From a virus (Duplodnaviria; Caudoviricetes), in the IMG/VR virus record IMGVR_UViG_3300013767_000215, positions 1-51,681 of that record: a DNA stretch of 51,681 nucleotides; one strand, given 5' to 3'. Shown here piece by piece: positions 36,263 through 44,859 of the stretch. Below the pieces are notes generated by a model that did not search any database, was not told where the DNA came from, and saw only the letters and a list, made by a program, of their open reading frames with translations. Numbering within the stretch: position 1 is the stretch's first letter; every line of letters starts with the position of its first letter. A program made the translations under genes and the position numbers.

Positions 36263-36476
36263 CCACCCTAATCGAGGCCGCCGGGACACCCCGGCGGCCA
36301 ATCCCGCACCCGAAGCAATCAAAGCGGCTCGCGAAGCCGCTGGATTGACGCAGGCTGAGGCCGGCGCTCTCCTGCACTCTGGAGAGCGCTCGTGGCAAGA
36401 CTGGGAGCGCGGCGAACGCCGAATGCATCCGGCGTTCTGGGAGCTATTCCAGATCAAATCCAAGCGCGCGCGTTGA
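36255..36476 (+). CDS. XRE-family HTH protein (73 aa)
   Basis: IKAAREAAGLTQAEAGALL....RSWQDWERGERRMHPA.WELF. Confidence 0.85.
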   Translation: MPNHPNRGRRDTPAANPAPEAIKAAREAAGLTQAEAGALLHSGERSWQDWERGERRMHPAFWELFQIKSKRAR

Positions 36477-37777
36477 CCGACATCCTCAACCTTCCGGGCT
36501 TGGCCGTAGATCCTGCTCGCACCCGCGAGGACGGCACGGCCATCACCATAGGCGTGGCGCGCCGGCCGAAACCGGATTGGTGCTGCAACCACTGCGCGGC
36601 GCCGGACCTGGTGCCGAACGGCAGCCGCACCGTGAGCTATGCCGACCTGCCCGTCAGGGGTAAGCCGGTGACCCTGGAGTGGCAGCGCCAGCGCTACCGC
36701 TGCACCGCCTGCGGGAAGTCCACGCCGGACCGCCATGAGGGGCTGCACGACGATTTCCTCATGACGGAGAGGCTCTATGACTGGATCGGCGCCAGGTGCC
36801 TGAAAACCACCTTTGCGGCGGTCGCAGCGGACGTGGGCCTGGACGAGCGCTCCATCCGCCGAGTGTTCGAGCACTGGGCTGATCTGAAGCTCAAGGGGCG
36901 GCAGGTCGACACGCCGCGCTGGCTGGGCGTGGACGAGGTGCACCTGCTGCACGCCGCCCGGGGCATCCTCTGCGATATCCAGGAGAAGGCCCTGATCGAC
37001 ATGCTGCCCACCCGCAGCCAGACCGCTATGGGCCGGCGCATCATGGCGATGCCAGGTCGGGACCGCGTTGAGGTGGTGGCGATGGACATGTGGGGACCCT
37101 ATCGCCGGATCGCAGACGAGCTGCTGCCGCAGGCCACCGTCGTTGTGGACAAGTGGCACGTCACCAAGTACGCCGACCTCGGCATGGAGACCATCCGCAA
37201 GGCCCACCGCGCCAGCCTGACGCCGCTGATGCGCCGCCGCCTGGTGAAGGACCGCTTCCTGCTGCTGTCCCGAGGCCACCGGCTGAGCCCTGAGCAGCGG
37301 ATGATCATGCAGACTTGGACGAACACCTTCCCCGAGCTGGCCGCCGCCTACGAGGCCAAGGAAGCCTTCTACGCGATCTACGACCAGGCTGACCGCGACA
37401 CCGCCCTGTCGGCCTGCGAAGCCTGGGAGGGCAACCTGACGCCCAACATGCGGCTGGCCTTCGGTCCTCTGCTCAGCGCTCTGCGCAACTGGCGAGACCC
37501 CATCTTCAACTACTTCGACAACCGGGCCACCAACGCCTACACCGAAGCCATGAACGGACTGGTCAAGATCGCCAACCGGGCAGGCAGGGGCTACAGCTTC
37601 GACGTGTTGAGGGCTCGAATGCTGCTGTCCAGGGATGCTGTGAAGTACGCCAGCACCCCGACCGGCACAGCGCCCTACGGCGTCTCTGAAAGCCCCGCCG
37701 GCCAGTACATTCCAACCCTGACTGATCAACTCATTCATGGGCAGTTAGGCTTCGTTCCAACCGGATTTGCCGGATAA
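36473..37777 (+). CDS. ISL3 transposase
   Basis: Zn finger C..C/RYRC..C, LGVDE, AMDMWGPY, VVDKWHV, TNAYTEAMN motifs; TTG start overlaps HTH stop. Confidence 0.92.
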   Translation: MTDILNLPGLAVDPARTREDGTAITIGVARRPKPDWCCNHCAAPDLVPNGSRTVSYADLPVRGKPVTLEWQRQRYRCTACGKSTPDRHEGLHDDFLMTERLYDWIGARCLKTTFAAVAADVGLDERSIRRVFEHWADLKLKGRQVDTPRWLGVDEVHLLHAARGILCDIQEKALIDMLPTRSQTAMGRRIMAMPGRDRVEVVAMDMWGPYRRIADELLPQATVVVDKWHVTKYADLGMETIRKAHRASLTPLMRRRLVKDRFLLLSRGHRLSPEQRMIMQTWTNTFPELAAAYEAKEAFYAIYDQADRDTALSACEAWEGNLTPNMRLAFGPLLSALRNWRDPIFNYFDNRATNAYTEAMNGLVKIANRAGRGYSFDVLRARMLLSRDAVKYASTPTGTAPYGVSESPAGQYIPTLTDQLIHGQLGFVPTGFAG

Positions 37778-37852
37778 CCCTTGATGCCGCCGCAGCCCTC
37801 GGCCAGGTCCAGGATGACGTCTTCGAGGGTTTGCTCCAGCAATCCGAGCTGC

Positions 37853-38128
37853 TCAGTCATGGCGTGTCCCACCTCGTCCCACTTTTTGGTACAGCGTGGT
37901 ACAGCCCTCTTCAGGCATAAAAAAAGGGCCATCCGCCGCTTGGGCGGATGGCGGCAAGGGTCGCTTGAGGCGGCCGGAGGAGACCTGGTGGAACACGAAG
38001 AGCGCGGCGGTGATGGCAAGCCGGAGCAGGGCGCCGACCAATCGCAGCCAGATGGCCATGCCAATCAGAAGGGAGGCGGCCAGGCACGCCAGCACGAAGA
38101 GCGCGTAAAAGACGGCGAGAGGGAACAT
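37853..38128 (-). CDS. Small membrane protein
   Basis: Two hydrophobic segments; abuts cro stop. Confidence 0.45.
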   Translation of the reverse strand: MFPLAVFYALFVLACLAASLLIGMAIWLRLVGALLRLAITAALFVFHQVSSGRLKRPLPPSAQAADGPFFMPEEGCTTLYQKVGRGGTRHD

Positions 38129-38362
38129 TCAGGCGGCCTCCGCTTGGGGTGCCTCACCGAAGATGTCCGGCCGCATTTGGTAGCGGGTTACCTTGCCTTC
38201 GCTGCCCGTTTCGATTCCGAGGCAGCGGTTGGGCGGCACCACCATCCACTGGGAGACCGCCTGGGGAGTGATGGGCGGATCGAACATCCGCCCGACCGCG
38301 GCGGGGCCGCCAGCGCGGGCGATCAGGGCTTGTGTTTCGGCTTTGCGGGCTTCGTCGTCCAT
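38129..38362 (-). CDS. cro: Cro/YdaS-like repressor
   Basis: AGGPAAVGRMF..ITPQAVSQW..VPP.RC..IE....VTRYQMRPDIFG; divergent from cI. Confidence 0.85.
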   Translation of the reverse strand: MDDEARKAETQALIARAGGPAAVGRMFDPPITPQAVSQWMVVPPNRCLGIETGSEGKVTRYQMRPDIFGEAPQAEAA

Positions 38363-38374
38363 AGCAGCCCGAAG

Positions 38375-38439
38375 GGTAAGCGGCGCTTACCAATTGTGTC
38401 AAGCAACGCTTACTTGTCTGATGTAAGAAATACTTACAT
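38375..38439. promoter_or_regulatory. Three operators (GTAAG-N5-CTTAC) and leftward promoter between cro and cI
   Basis: GTAAGCGGCGCTTAC 38376..38390, TCAAGCAACGCTTAC 38399..38413, GTAAGAAATACTTAC 38423..38437; minus-strand TTGACA at 38397..38402. Confidence 0.8.
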
Positions 38440-38449
38440 AGTGGGACCT

Positions 38450-39424
38450 ATGAAATCAGAGCTTTGGCAGCGCATCCGCGAGGTTCGCCGACGAAAGAAT
38501 CTGACCCAGCAGGCCGTGGCGGACTGGTTCGGAATCGACCGGGGTTCGGTCTCGCAATGGGAAAGCGTGAACCCGGATACCCGGACCACGCCGGACGTCG
38601 AGCGCCTCATGGAAATTTCCCGCCGGACAGGCGCGCCGCTGGAATCGTATCTACTCAACGACGAGGCGCCGGTCGACGCAGACTGGGGTCCGGCCGAGCC
38701 GGGCAACGGGATCCGCGTCTTTCACCCAGATGATCCAGCCGAAGACGACGAGATCCGCATTCCCGAATCCCGGATCAAGTTCAGCGGCGGCCACGGTGCC
38801 CTTGCATATGAAACGGTGCTCGACAGCGAGCCCGCAACCTATCGGCTGTCTTGGTTTCAGAAAGAGCGCATCAATCCGACGCGGACCATGCGGTTCCGGG
38901 TGACGGGGGACAGCATGGAGCCGCTGCTATGGCCCAACGACTCCGTGCTGGTGAACCTGGACGAGACGGCAGTACGCGATGGTCAGGTCTACGTGTTCCG
39001 CCAGGATGATGAGCTCAAGGTGAAGATGCTGGTGCGGCGCGAGGACAAAGCCCTGGTCCTGCGCAGCGTCAATCGCGTCCGGTTCCCCGACGAGATCATC
39101 CCCGCGGAGGAGCTGCACGAGCGCATCACCATCATCGGTCGTGTGCGCGACAAGAGCGGCCGCGGCGGCCTTTCGGGCTGGCCTACTGAGCTGCAGGAGC
39201 CGTTCATCGAATATCGCGGGCGACAGGTCCCGGAAGGCGCGACGCAGCGCCGGGCGGACCTGCTGCACGAACTGGACGAAGGCGTGAAGGCGCGTTTCCC
39301 GCATTTCAGCGATGCGCGCCAGGCGGCGGTCATCCTCAAGCTGTATCAATGGTGCCGGAAAAACCCGCATGTCACGGTTGACCAGGCCCTCGAGCTGATC
39401 ACCGGAGTAGGCGAGGAAAGCTGA
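38450..39424 (+). CDS. cI: CI-like repressor (HTH-XRE plus S24 peptidase, with C-terminal extension)
   Basis: RIREVRRRKNLTQQAVADWFGIDRGSVSQWE; VTGDSMEP and LKVKML catalytic motifs. Confidence 0.9.
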   Translation: MKSELWQRIREVRRRKNLTQQAVADWFGIDRGSVSQWESVNPDTRTTPDVERLMEISRRTGAPLESYLLNDEAPVDADWGPAEPGNGIRVFHPDDPAEDDEIRIPESRIKFSGGHGALAYETVLDSEPATYRLSWFQKERINPTRTMRFRVTGDSMEPLLWPNDSVLVNLDETAVRDGQVYVFRQDDELKVKMLVRREDKALVLRSVNRVRFPDEIIPAEELHERITIIGRVRDKSGRGGLSGWPTELQEPFIEYRGRQVPEGATQRRADLLHELDEGVKARFPHFSDARQAAVILKLYQWCRKNPHVTVDQALELITGVGEES

Positions 39425-39448
39425 CAAATTTTGTTGCGAGCTGTGCAC

Positions 39449-39745
39449 ATGAATCTTTTTGAGATGATACTTGCACGTATTGCGCCGCGGCCGAATCCGC
39501 GGGCAGGGGGAGCGCTAGTGCAGGGAGCATCCAGACCCGACTTGTGGGGGTGGCTGGACACTATGATTCAGGAATCCGAAGGGCAGGAAAAAGCCGGCGC
39601 CAAATGTGTCCACGGCGTCAACGAGTTCAATAACCACGGCCAGGTGAACCTGATGATTCTGACCGTAGGCGATCCGGAGCAGGCCATGCGCCTGGTCCGG
39701 GAAATGCTCGACCGCACCGAGCAACCGGCCGCCGGGCCGCGCTAA
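39449..39745 (+). CDS. Hypothetical protein (immunity-region accessory)
   Basis: ORF downstream of cI, coupled to the next gene. Confidence 0.5.
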   Translation: MNLFEMILARIAPRPNPRAGGALVQGASRPDLWGWLDTMIQESEGQEKAGAKCVHGVNEFNNHGQVNLMILTVGDPEQAMRLVREMLDRTEQPAAGPR

Positions 39746-40146
39746 TGCGCGCCTTGCTTGCAGCCGCCGGACTTGCGGTGCTGAGCCTGCCGTCCGCGGC
39801 CGACGGGTACAAGTTCCATCAGCCGGCGGTACTGCGCGGAATTGTCATTTCGGCGGCCGCCACCGATGCGCGAAACAGGGTCATCACCTATCCCGCACTG
39901 CAGCTTCGGGAACCGATCACCGTTGCCGGCGCCGACCCTGTCGGCGTGGCAGAGGACCCTGATACGTTAACTGAACGCAATGTCATGCTGGTGCAGCTGG
40001 CAATCTCGGACAGAGCCGCCTGGAATCAGCGGTTTAGCTTCATGGGGCGCCTCGCGACCGTGACCTGCGATCGGTTGTTCCATGCGGATAACGGGCACCA
40101 CTACACGGTGGTGCTCTGCGACGCCAAGAAAATCTCCGAAGAATGA
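39745..40146 (+). CDS. Secreted DUF4431-like protein
   Basis: Signal peptide; YPAL.L..PI.V...VQL...LFHA.NGHHYT.VL pattern. Confidence 0.65.
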   Translation: MRALLAAAGLAVLSLPSAADGYKFHQPAVLRGIVISAAATDARNRVITYPALQLREPITVAGADPVGVAEDPDTLTERNVMLVQLAISDRAAWNQRFSFMGRLATVTCDRLFHADNGHHYTVVLCDAKKISEE

Positions 40147-40151
40147 GGCTA

Positions 40152-40205
40152 GTAAGCGGCGAGCGTAAGCGACGCTTGACACGAATAGTAAGCACAGCTT
40201 ACGTT
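40152..40205 (+). promoter_or_regulatory. Early promoter with CI-type operators
   Basis: GTAAGCGACGCTTGA 40165..40179 and GTAAGCACAGCTTAC 40188..40202; TTGACA at 40176..40181. Confidence 0.78.
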
Positions 40206-40230
40206 ATGGCCATTCCAAGGGGAATGAGCC

Positions 40231-40611
40231 ATGCAAACCGCTGTTCAGAAACCTGCCTCCGCACCCGACGACCTCGCCACGCAGCTGGCCGCGTCGCTGC
40301 TGCTCCACGAGCGGCTGCGGCAGATCGAGAAAGAGGGCTACACGTCCGAGCACGATGATCACCACATCGGCGGCGAGCTGGCCTTTGCGGCGGCTGCCTA
40401 TGCCTATGCCGGTGGCTGTGAGGACGGCGCCAGGCTGGTGCCTTCCGTTTTTTGGCCCTGGAACCTCGATGACTGGAAAAGCCGCAGCAAGCGCGTCTGC
40501 CTGATCAAGGCCGGCGCGCTGATCCTGGCGGAGCTGGAGCGGCTGGCGCGGCTCGAGGCAGCCCAGGTCATGAGGGCCGTTTCCCATGGGAAACAGGAGG
40601 CCGCCCAGTGA
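40231..40611 (+). CDS. Conserved phage early protein
   Basis: ER.RQI.KEGY..EHDD....ELA.AAA.YA...WPW...WK...L.KAGALILAE.ERL motif. Confidence 0.75.
   Translation: MQTAVQKPASAPDDLATQLAASLLLHERLRQIEKEGYTSEHDDHHIGGELAFAAAAYAYAGGCEDGARLVPSVFWPWNLDDWKSRSKRVCLIKAGALILAELERLARLEAAQVMRAVSHGKQEAAQ
40579..40594. repeat. Palindrome GTTTCCCATGGGAAAC, copy 6
   Basis: Exact 16-bp palindrome immediately before an AGGAGG RBS. Confidence 0.9.
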
Positions 40612-40955
40612 GCGCGGAGCATCCCGCTTCGGCAGGCCTGCGCAAGCTGGCTGACCTGCTCGACCAGGCCGTGGCCGATGGCGCCGGACTTCTCGCCTTC
40701 GATTCCTATGTGGCATTCCACATTCATGGCCATTGGGAAAAGCAGCCGGCTCTGTTGGCCGAGGTGACCGCACGATTCGGCGGCGAAGGTAAAGCCGAAA
40801 AAGGCAGCTGCACCTACGACCATTGCATCGAGGTGGAAGGCCTTCGGGTCCATTTCAGCTTCTGGGCGGACGCGGTCTGCATGACAAAAACCGTCACGCG
40901 CCAGGTGCGCGTCCGCTCCGGCCTCAGGCCGGTCGCCGGAGCCTCCCATGGCTGA
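40608..40955 (+). CDS. Hypothetical protein
   Basis: AGGAGG RBS; GTGA overlap. Confidence 0.6.
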   Translation: MSAEHPASAGLRKLADLLDQAVADGAGLLAFDSYVAFHIHGHWEKQPALLAEVTARFGGEGKAEKGSCTYDHCIEVEGLRVHFSFWADAVCMTKTVTRQVRVRSGLRPVAGASHG

Positions 40956-41304
40956 CGCCGGCCTCGATCCGCTGCAGCTGCGCGTCGAGAAGATGGCGCT
41001 CGACTACATGGCGCAGGCCCTGCGCGACCACGAGCTGCGTCAGCGCCTTGCTCTGAGCTTGCGGGCGATGCGCCGGATCCTGCGCGCACTCGACCGCGTG
41101 AGCTTCGAGCCTGGCGCCCTGCCCGATGTTCAGCCGTCCTTGGTGCTCGGCGCCATTGCCAACATCGTCGACCAGGCCACACCTGCGGCCGCGGGCCTCG
41201 ACGGATTCCACCGCATCCGCTGGCAGCTCAGCCGCCAGTCCCACCGTTCCCGTCGCCGCACGCCGCTCGAGCAGCTGGCCGCCGGCGCGGATCTTCAGGA
41301 GTAA
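40948..41304 (+). CDS. Hypothetical protein
   Basis: GGAG RBS; overlapping operon. Confidence 0.55.
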   Translation: MADAGLDPLQLRVEKMALDYMAQALRDHELRQRLALSLRAMRRILRALDRVSFEPGALPDVQPSLVLGAIANIVDQATPAAAGLDGFHRIRWQLSRQSHRSRRRTPLEQLAAGADLQE

Positions 41305-41308
41305 GTTC

Positions 41309-42877
41309 ATGTCCGCAGACGGAAGCAGCATTGCCGAGGAAGTCCTGGTCGTTGCATTGACCGATATCATCCCTGACCCGCGCCAGCCGCGGCGCACCTT
41401 CGAGCCGGAGGCGCTGAAGGAGCTGGCAGATTCGATCAAGCGAGAGGGACTGTTGCAGCCGATCATCCTGCGCCCGCTGACGGCGCAGGACCAGGTCAAG
41501 GGCACCAAGCAGCTGCCGAAGTTCGTGATCGTCGCCGGCGAGCGGCGCTGGCGCGCTTCCGATCTTGCCGGCAATGCCACGATCCGCGCGCTCGTCCGGC
41601 ATGACCTACAGGCGGTCGACATCGATGTGCTGCAGCTGATCGAGAACCTGCAGCGCGAAGGCCTGCCGCTGGCAGAGGAAGCTGCGGCAGTCGGCCGCCT
41701 GGTGGAACTGGTCACCAAGCAGCTGCAGGACAAGCCGGATCCCGAGGGGCGATCGCCGCTGGAAGTGGTGGCGGCACGCCTTGGCAAGAAGGCGAAGTCC
41801 TGGGTGAGCCTGCGAGCCAACGTCATGAACGTGCCCGACGCCGTGAAGAGACTGGTGGTCGACGGAACCCTGCACGACGTGCAGGTGATCAATGCTCTCG
41901 GCAATCTGCACCAGATCGATCCGGAAGAGGCGCAGGAGCTGATCGAGCGCTACAAAAACCCCTCCCGTTGGGATCCGGCGCCGACTCGTGAGGATGTGAC
42001 GGAGAGTTTGCGCCATGCCAAGCAGCGGGTCGAGGACGAGGCGAAGGACAAGCGCGACAAGGCTGCCGCCAAGAGCGACCCAAAGGCCATCGCCGAGAAG
42101 GAGCGCGAGAAGAAGCAGAAGGCGGCCGACAAGAAGCGCAACGACAGCATCAAGCTGATCAACCAGGCGATCGAGCAGCGAGTCGACGAGCTGACGCCGG
42201 CCTTCAACATCGCCCTCGGCTTCAAGAAGCCTCAGAAATCGACGTATGGCTGGGGCTATGGGATCCCGGTCGAGATCCGCGGACAGAAGTTCAGCAAGTA
42301 CAGTGGCGGCAAGATCCCGGATCAGGTCGACCAAACCAGTTTTGACCTGCATCTGAACAAGGGCGGCACGACCGTCGCCGCCAAGATCATCGAACTACTG
42401 CCGAAGACGATGAAGCACTCCTTCTACATCGAGGAAATGCCCGATGGCATCACGCTCGAGCAGATGCAGAAGCTGCAGGAGATCTTCCCCAAGCTCGAAT
42501 TCCGCACCGATTTCACGCTCGACGGTGCGGCGATGCAGCTGCTGCTCGGCAAGGTGCAGGGCAACGTTTCCCATGGGAAACAGGGCGCCAAGGTAAAACC
42601 GGCCGATAAGCCGGACAAGAACGCCAACAGCCGCGCCGCTGACGGCGACACCGTCACCAGCTTCCTCGAGGCTTGCACCCAGGAGAAGGACGGCGCCCAG
42701 ATCACGGCCGCCGAAATGCGCGCCGCCTACGAGGCGTACTGCAAGCGCCATCACCTGATCCCGCTCTCCGCCAACGACAACCGCTATGGCGCCGGCATCC
42801 TGCCGTGGGTCGAGAAGAAGCGCACCAAGACGGGGTACGTCTACATCGGCCTGCAGCTGCTAGTGGAGGGCGAGTGA
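41309..42877 (+). CDS. ParB/KorB-family protein with C-terminal primase-associated wHTH-like domain
   Basis: PDPRQPRRTF...L.ELADSI...GLLQPI.LRP, IVAGERRWRA, IENLQRE, HTH VAARLGK..SWVS; C-terminal V.SFL..C.....Y..YC...KKRT..G..Y.GL.L. Confidence 0.88.
   Translation: MSADGSSIAEEVLVVALTDIIPDPRQPRRTFEPEALKELADSIKREGLLQPIILRPLTAQDQVKGTKQLPKFVIVAGERRWRASDLAGNATIRALVRHDLQAVDIDVLQLIENLQREGLPLAEEAAAVGRLVELVTKQLQDKPDPEGRSPLEVVAARLGKKAKSWVSLRANVMNVPDAVKRLVVDGTLHDVQVINALGNLHQIDPEEAQELIERYKNPSRWDPAPTREDVTESLRHAKQRVEDEAKDKRDKAAAKSDPKAIAEKEREKKQKAADKKRNDSIKLINQAIEQRVDELTPAFNIALGFKKPQKSTYGWGYGIPVEIRGQKFSKYSGGKIPDQVDQTSFDLHLNKGGTTVAAKIIELLPKTMKHSFYIEEMPDGITLEQMQKLQEIFPKLEFRTDFTLDGAAMQLLLGKVQGNVSHGKQGAKVKPADKPDKNANSRAADGDTVTSFLEACTQEKDGAQITAAEMRAAYEAYCKRHHLIPLSANDNRYGAGILPWVEKKRTKTGYVYIGLQLLVEGE
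42566..42581. repeat. Palindrome GTTTCCCATGGGAAAC, copy 7 (inside parB)
   Basis: Exact 16-bp palindrome in an interdomain linker. Confidence 0.9.
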
Positions 42878-43332
42878 TGGATCCGGTCCATCCGTTCCTA
42901 CGGCAGCGCGTGAAGCTGCTGAAGGTCGTGCGCTTCGACCCGGCCGTGCGTGGCTACGACGCGCCACGCCTCCTGGTCGACCCGCCGCGGCCGCTCCGGC
43001 TGCGCCAGGTAATGCTGATGGCGACGGCGGCGATCGCCCTGGGAGTGGTGGCGGCCCAGGTGGTCGGTGCCGGGCCGGCGGCGCCGCGCGGTCGCCAGCC
43101 GGTGATCGGTAGCGCGCGCAATGCGGCGATCGGCTTCATCGCGCTTACCGCGGAGCAGGGGGGCTGCCCATCCGGCCAGTTGCGCGCGTACACCACGGCC
43201 GGCGGCGCGGCGCCGGCGGAAGCCTCCTGCTGGCGCAGGCAGGGCACCCAGGTGCTGGTGCTCGACCGCCGCGGCGGACAGAGCAGCTATCCGGCTGACA
43301 AATTCGGCCTGGTGGCGGAGCAGCGGCCGTGA
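42877..43332 (+). CDS. Single-TM hypothetical protein
   Basis: GGAGG RBS; VMLMATAAIALGVVAAQVV segment. Confidence 0.55.
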   Translation: MDPVHPFLRQRVKLLKVVRFDPAVRGYDAPRLLVDPPRPLRLRQVMLMATAAIALGVVAAQVVGAGPAAPRGRQPVIGSARNAAIGFIALTAEQGGCPSGQLRAYTTAGGAAPAEASCWRRQGTQVLVLDRRGGQSSYPADKFGLVAEQRP

Positions 43333-43673
43333 GCGCGGCGGTCTCGTCTGTAGGTCTGGTGCAGGGCCTGGCGCGTTTCGTCGCCGCCGTGCGTTCGGCC
43401 GCGCGTCGCATTGTCTGGCCCGAGGCGCCGCGCGCTGTCGCGCACCAGCTGGCTGAACATGAGCTGGTGCAGGGCTGGCTGCGCACCATGTTCCACGCCG
43501 GCGCCGGCGCGCCCGGCACCACCCTCGACGACATGCTGTGGCAGGCGCGCCTCGAGCAGACGCTGAACGGCATCCTGCAGGAGTACCGCGAGGGCCGCGC
43601 GCAGACGCCGTTCGAGATGACTCTGGCGGAATCGCTGGAATACGTGGCGCAGACCTACGGCGGCCGGCGCTGA
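43329..43673 (+). CDS. Hypothetical protein
   Basis: GTGA overlap; operon packing. Confidence 0.55.
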   Translation: MSAAVSSVGLVQGLARFVAAVRSAARRIVWPEAPRAVAHQLAEHELVQGWLRTMFHAGAGAPGTTLDDMLWQARLEQTLNGILQEYREGRAQTPFEMTLAESLEYVAQTYGGRR

Positions 43674-43676
43674 GCC

Positions 43677-43994
43677 ATGGCGACCGGCGCGCAGCGGGAG
43701 GAGCGGCAGGCACCCGGCAAGGGCGAGCGGCAGTTCCTGACCGTGCTCGAGCTGCGCCGCACGCCGGACGAGTTCGCCGAGTTCGCTAAGTGCCTGCCAG
43801 CGGACCGCGAGTTCCTCTCCGCGTTGCAGATGTGCTTCCGGGAGCCGCAGAGCGGCCACTGGGGTGTGCTGTACCACACGCTGTGCGGCGCCGCCGAGCG
43901 CTATGCCATCCGCCGCGCCACTGCGGACATGCGCAGGGAGCTCGAGGCGGCGCAGGAACTTCCCCTTTTCGAAACCGATACCACGAGGCAGTGA
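43677..43994 (+). CDS. Hypothetical protein
   Basis: Operon packing. Confidence 0.5.
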   Translation: MATGAQREERQAPGKGERQFLTVLELRRTPDEFAEFAKCLPADREFLSALQMCFREPQSGHWGVLYHTLCGAAERYAIRRATADMRRELEAAQELPLFETDTTRQ

Positions 43995-43996
43995 CC

Positions 43997-44323
43997 ATGG
44001 TTGCCCTTCCCCTGATCCACAAGTGCGGCGCGCAGGTCGACCACACGGTCGTTTCCTCGGGCGAACCTTTCGGCCGCCTGGTGGTGGCGTTTTCCGACTC
44101 GCAGACCGACGACCCGCTCAGCGTGTGCCCGAAGTGCGGCGCGCCGCTGTACGAGGCCTTCGTCGCCGGCGACTTCAAGCCGCTGCAGGTGAAGCCGACG
44201 GCGCCGAGCGCGCGGCGCACGGGCGAGGCCCAGCGCGGCCGGGTGCGCGACGGAGCTGCGAAGGCGATCGCCAAGATGATCGATGGCGCGCTGCAGCGGC
44301 GGGCGGCGAAGGCGGCGGCCTGA
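43997..44323 (+). CDS. Zinc-ribbon protein
   Basis: HKCG and CPKCG motifs; GAGG RBS. Confidence 0.6.
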   Translation: MVALPLIHKCGAQVDHTVVSSGEPFGRLVVAFSDSQTDDPLSVCPKCGAPLYEAFVAGDFKPLQVKPTAPSARRTGEAQRGRVRDGAAKAIAKMIDGALQRRAAKAAA

Positions 44324-44332
44324 TCGCCCGCC

Positions 44333-44617
44333 ATGCCGCCGCGCAAGCGCAACCGTCGCCGTGAGCTCGAGCGCCAGGAGGAAGGGCAGGGGCCGATCCT
44401 GCTCCTGGCCAAGAACATCATGGAGCAGCTCACCGTGCGCGGCGTGATGCCGCTGGAGGACCTGCGCGAGCGGCTCTGCGTGGCCAGCGAGACGCGGATG
44501 AAGGCGGCGATCGACGAGCTGCGCGGCGCACGCCTGATCCAGGTGAGCGAGGGCAGGGATCTGCTGGTCAACCTGGTCGGCGAGCGCCGGCCGTATTTCC
44601 CGAGGAACGCAGCATGA
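44333..44617 (+). CDS. Putative winged-HTH protein
   Basis: IMEQL...G.M.LEDL.ERL......MK.AIDEL....LI pattern. Confidence 0.55.
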   Translation: MPPRKRNRRRELERQEEGQGPILLLAKNIMEQLTVRGVMPLEDLRERLCVASETRMKAAIDELRGARLIQVSEGRDLLVNLVGERRPYFPRNAA

Positions 44618-44859
44618 AACTGCCATGGTGGGCCTATCGCCTGAAGCTGCGCCTGAAGTGGCTACTGGTGAGGCGGTCCGAGCTGATCAATCAGATCACT
44701 GAGGTCGAGATCTACTTGCTCGACTGTTCGCGTGGGAAAAAGCCGCAGCCGACCCGCGCAGTGTGCCGCATCCTCTCCCTGCGACTCGGAACACCGAAAC
44801 AATATTGGTCCGAGTACATCAAGGATGCCGCACTGGCAGCTGCAGAGGCACCGCAGTGA
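44614..44859 (+). CDS. Hypothetical basic protein
   Basis: GAGGA RBS; ATGA overlap. Confidence 0.55.
   Translation: MKLPWWAYRLKLRLKWLLVRRSELINQITEVEIYLLDCSRGKKPQPTRAVCRILSLRLGTPKQYWSEYIKDAALAAAEAPQ

Larger units (their letters stand above)
35661..37779 (+). mobile_element. ISL3-family insertion sequence with passenger genes (2119 bp)
   Basis: 22-bp IRs GGCTTTCCGGCAAATTCGGTTG (35661..35682) and GGTTATCCGGCAAATCCGGTTG (reverse complement of 37758..37779), 3 mismatches; 8-bp TSD CTTGATGC at 35653..35660 and 37780..37787. Confidence 0.93.
35326..37860 (-). pseudogene. CII-like regulator split by ISL3 (37780..37860 plus 35326..35652)
   Basis: Removing the IS and one TSD joins MTEQLGLL...GCGGIK to KVACELRP...ARRWFSKCVD... 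in frame (135 aa); downstream of cro. Confidence 0.75.

Noticed and set aside
37781-38449. N-terminal extension making CI 547 aa
   Set aside because: Overlaps cro and the operators; the HTH begins at ATG 38450
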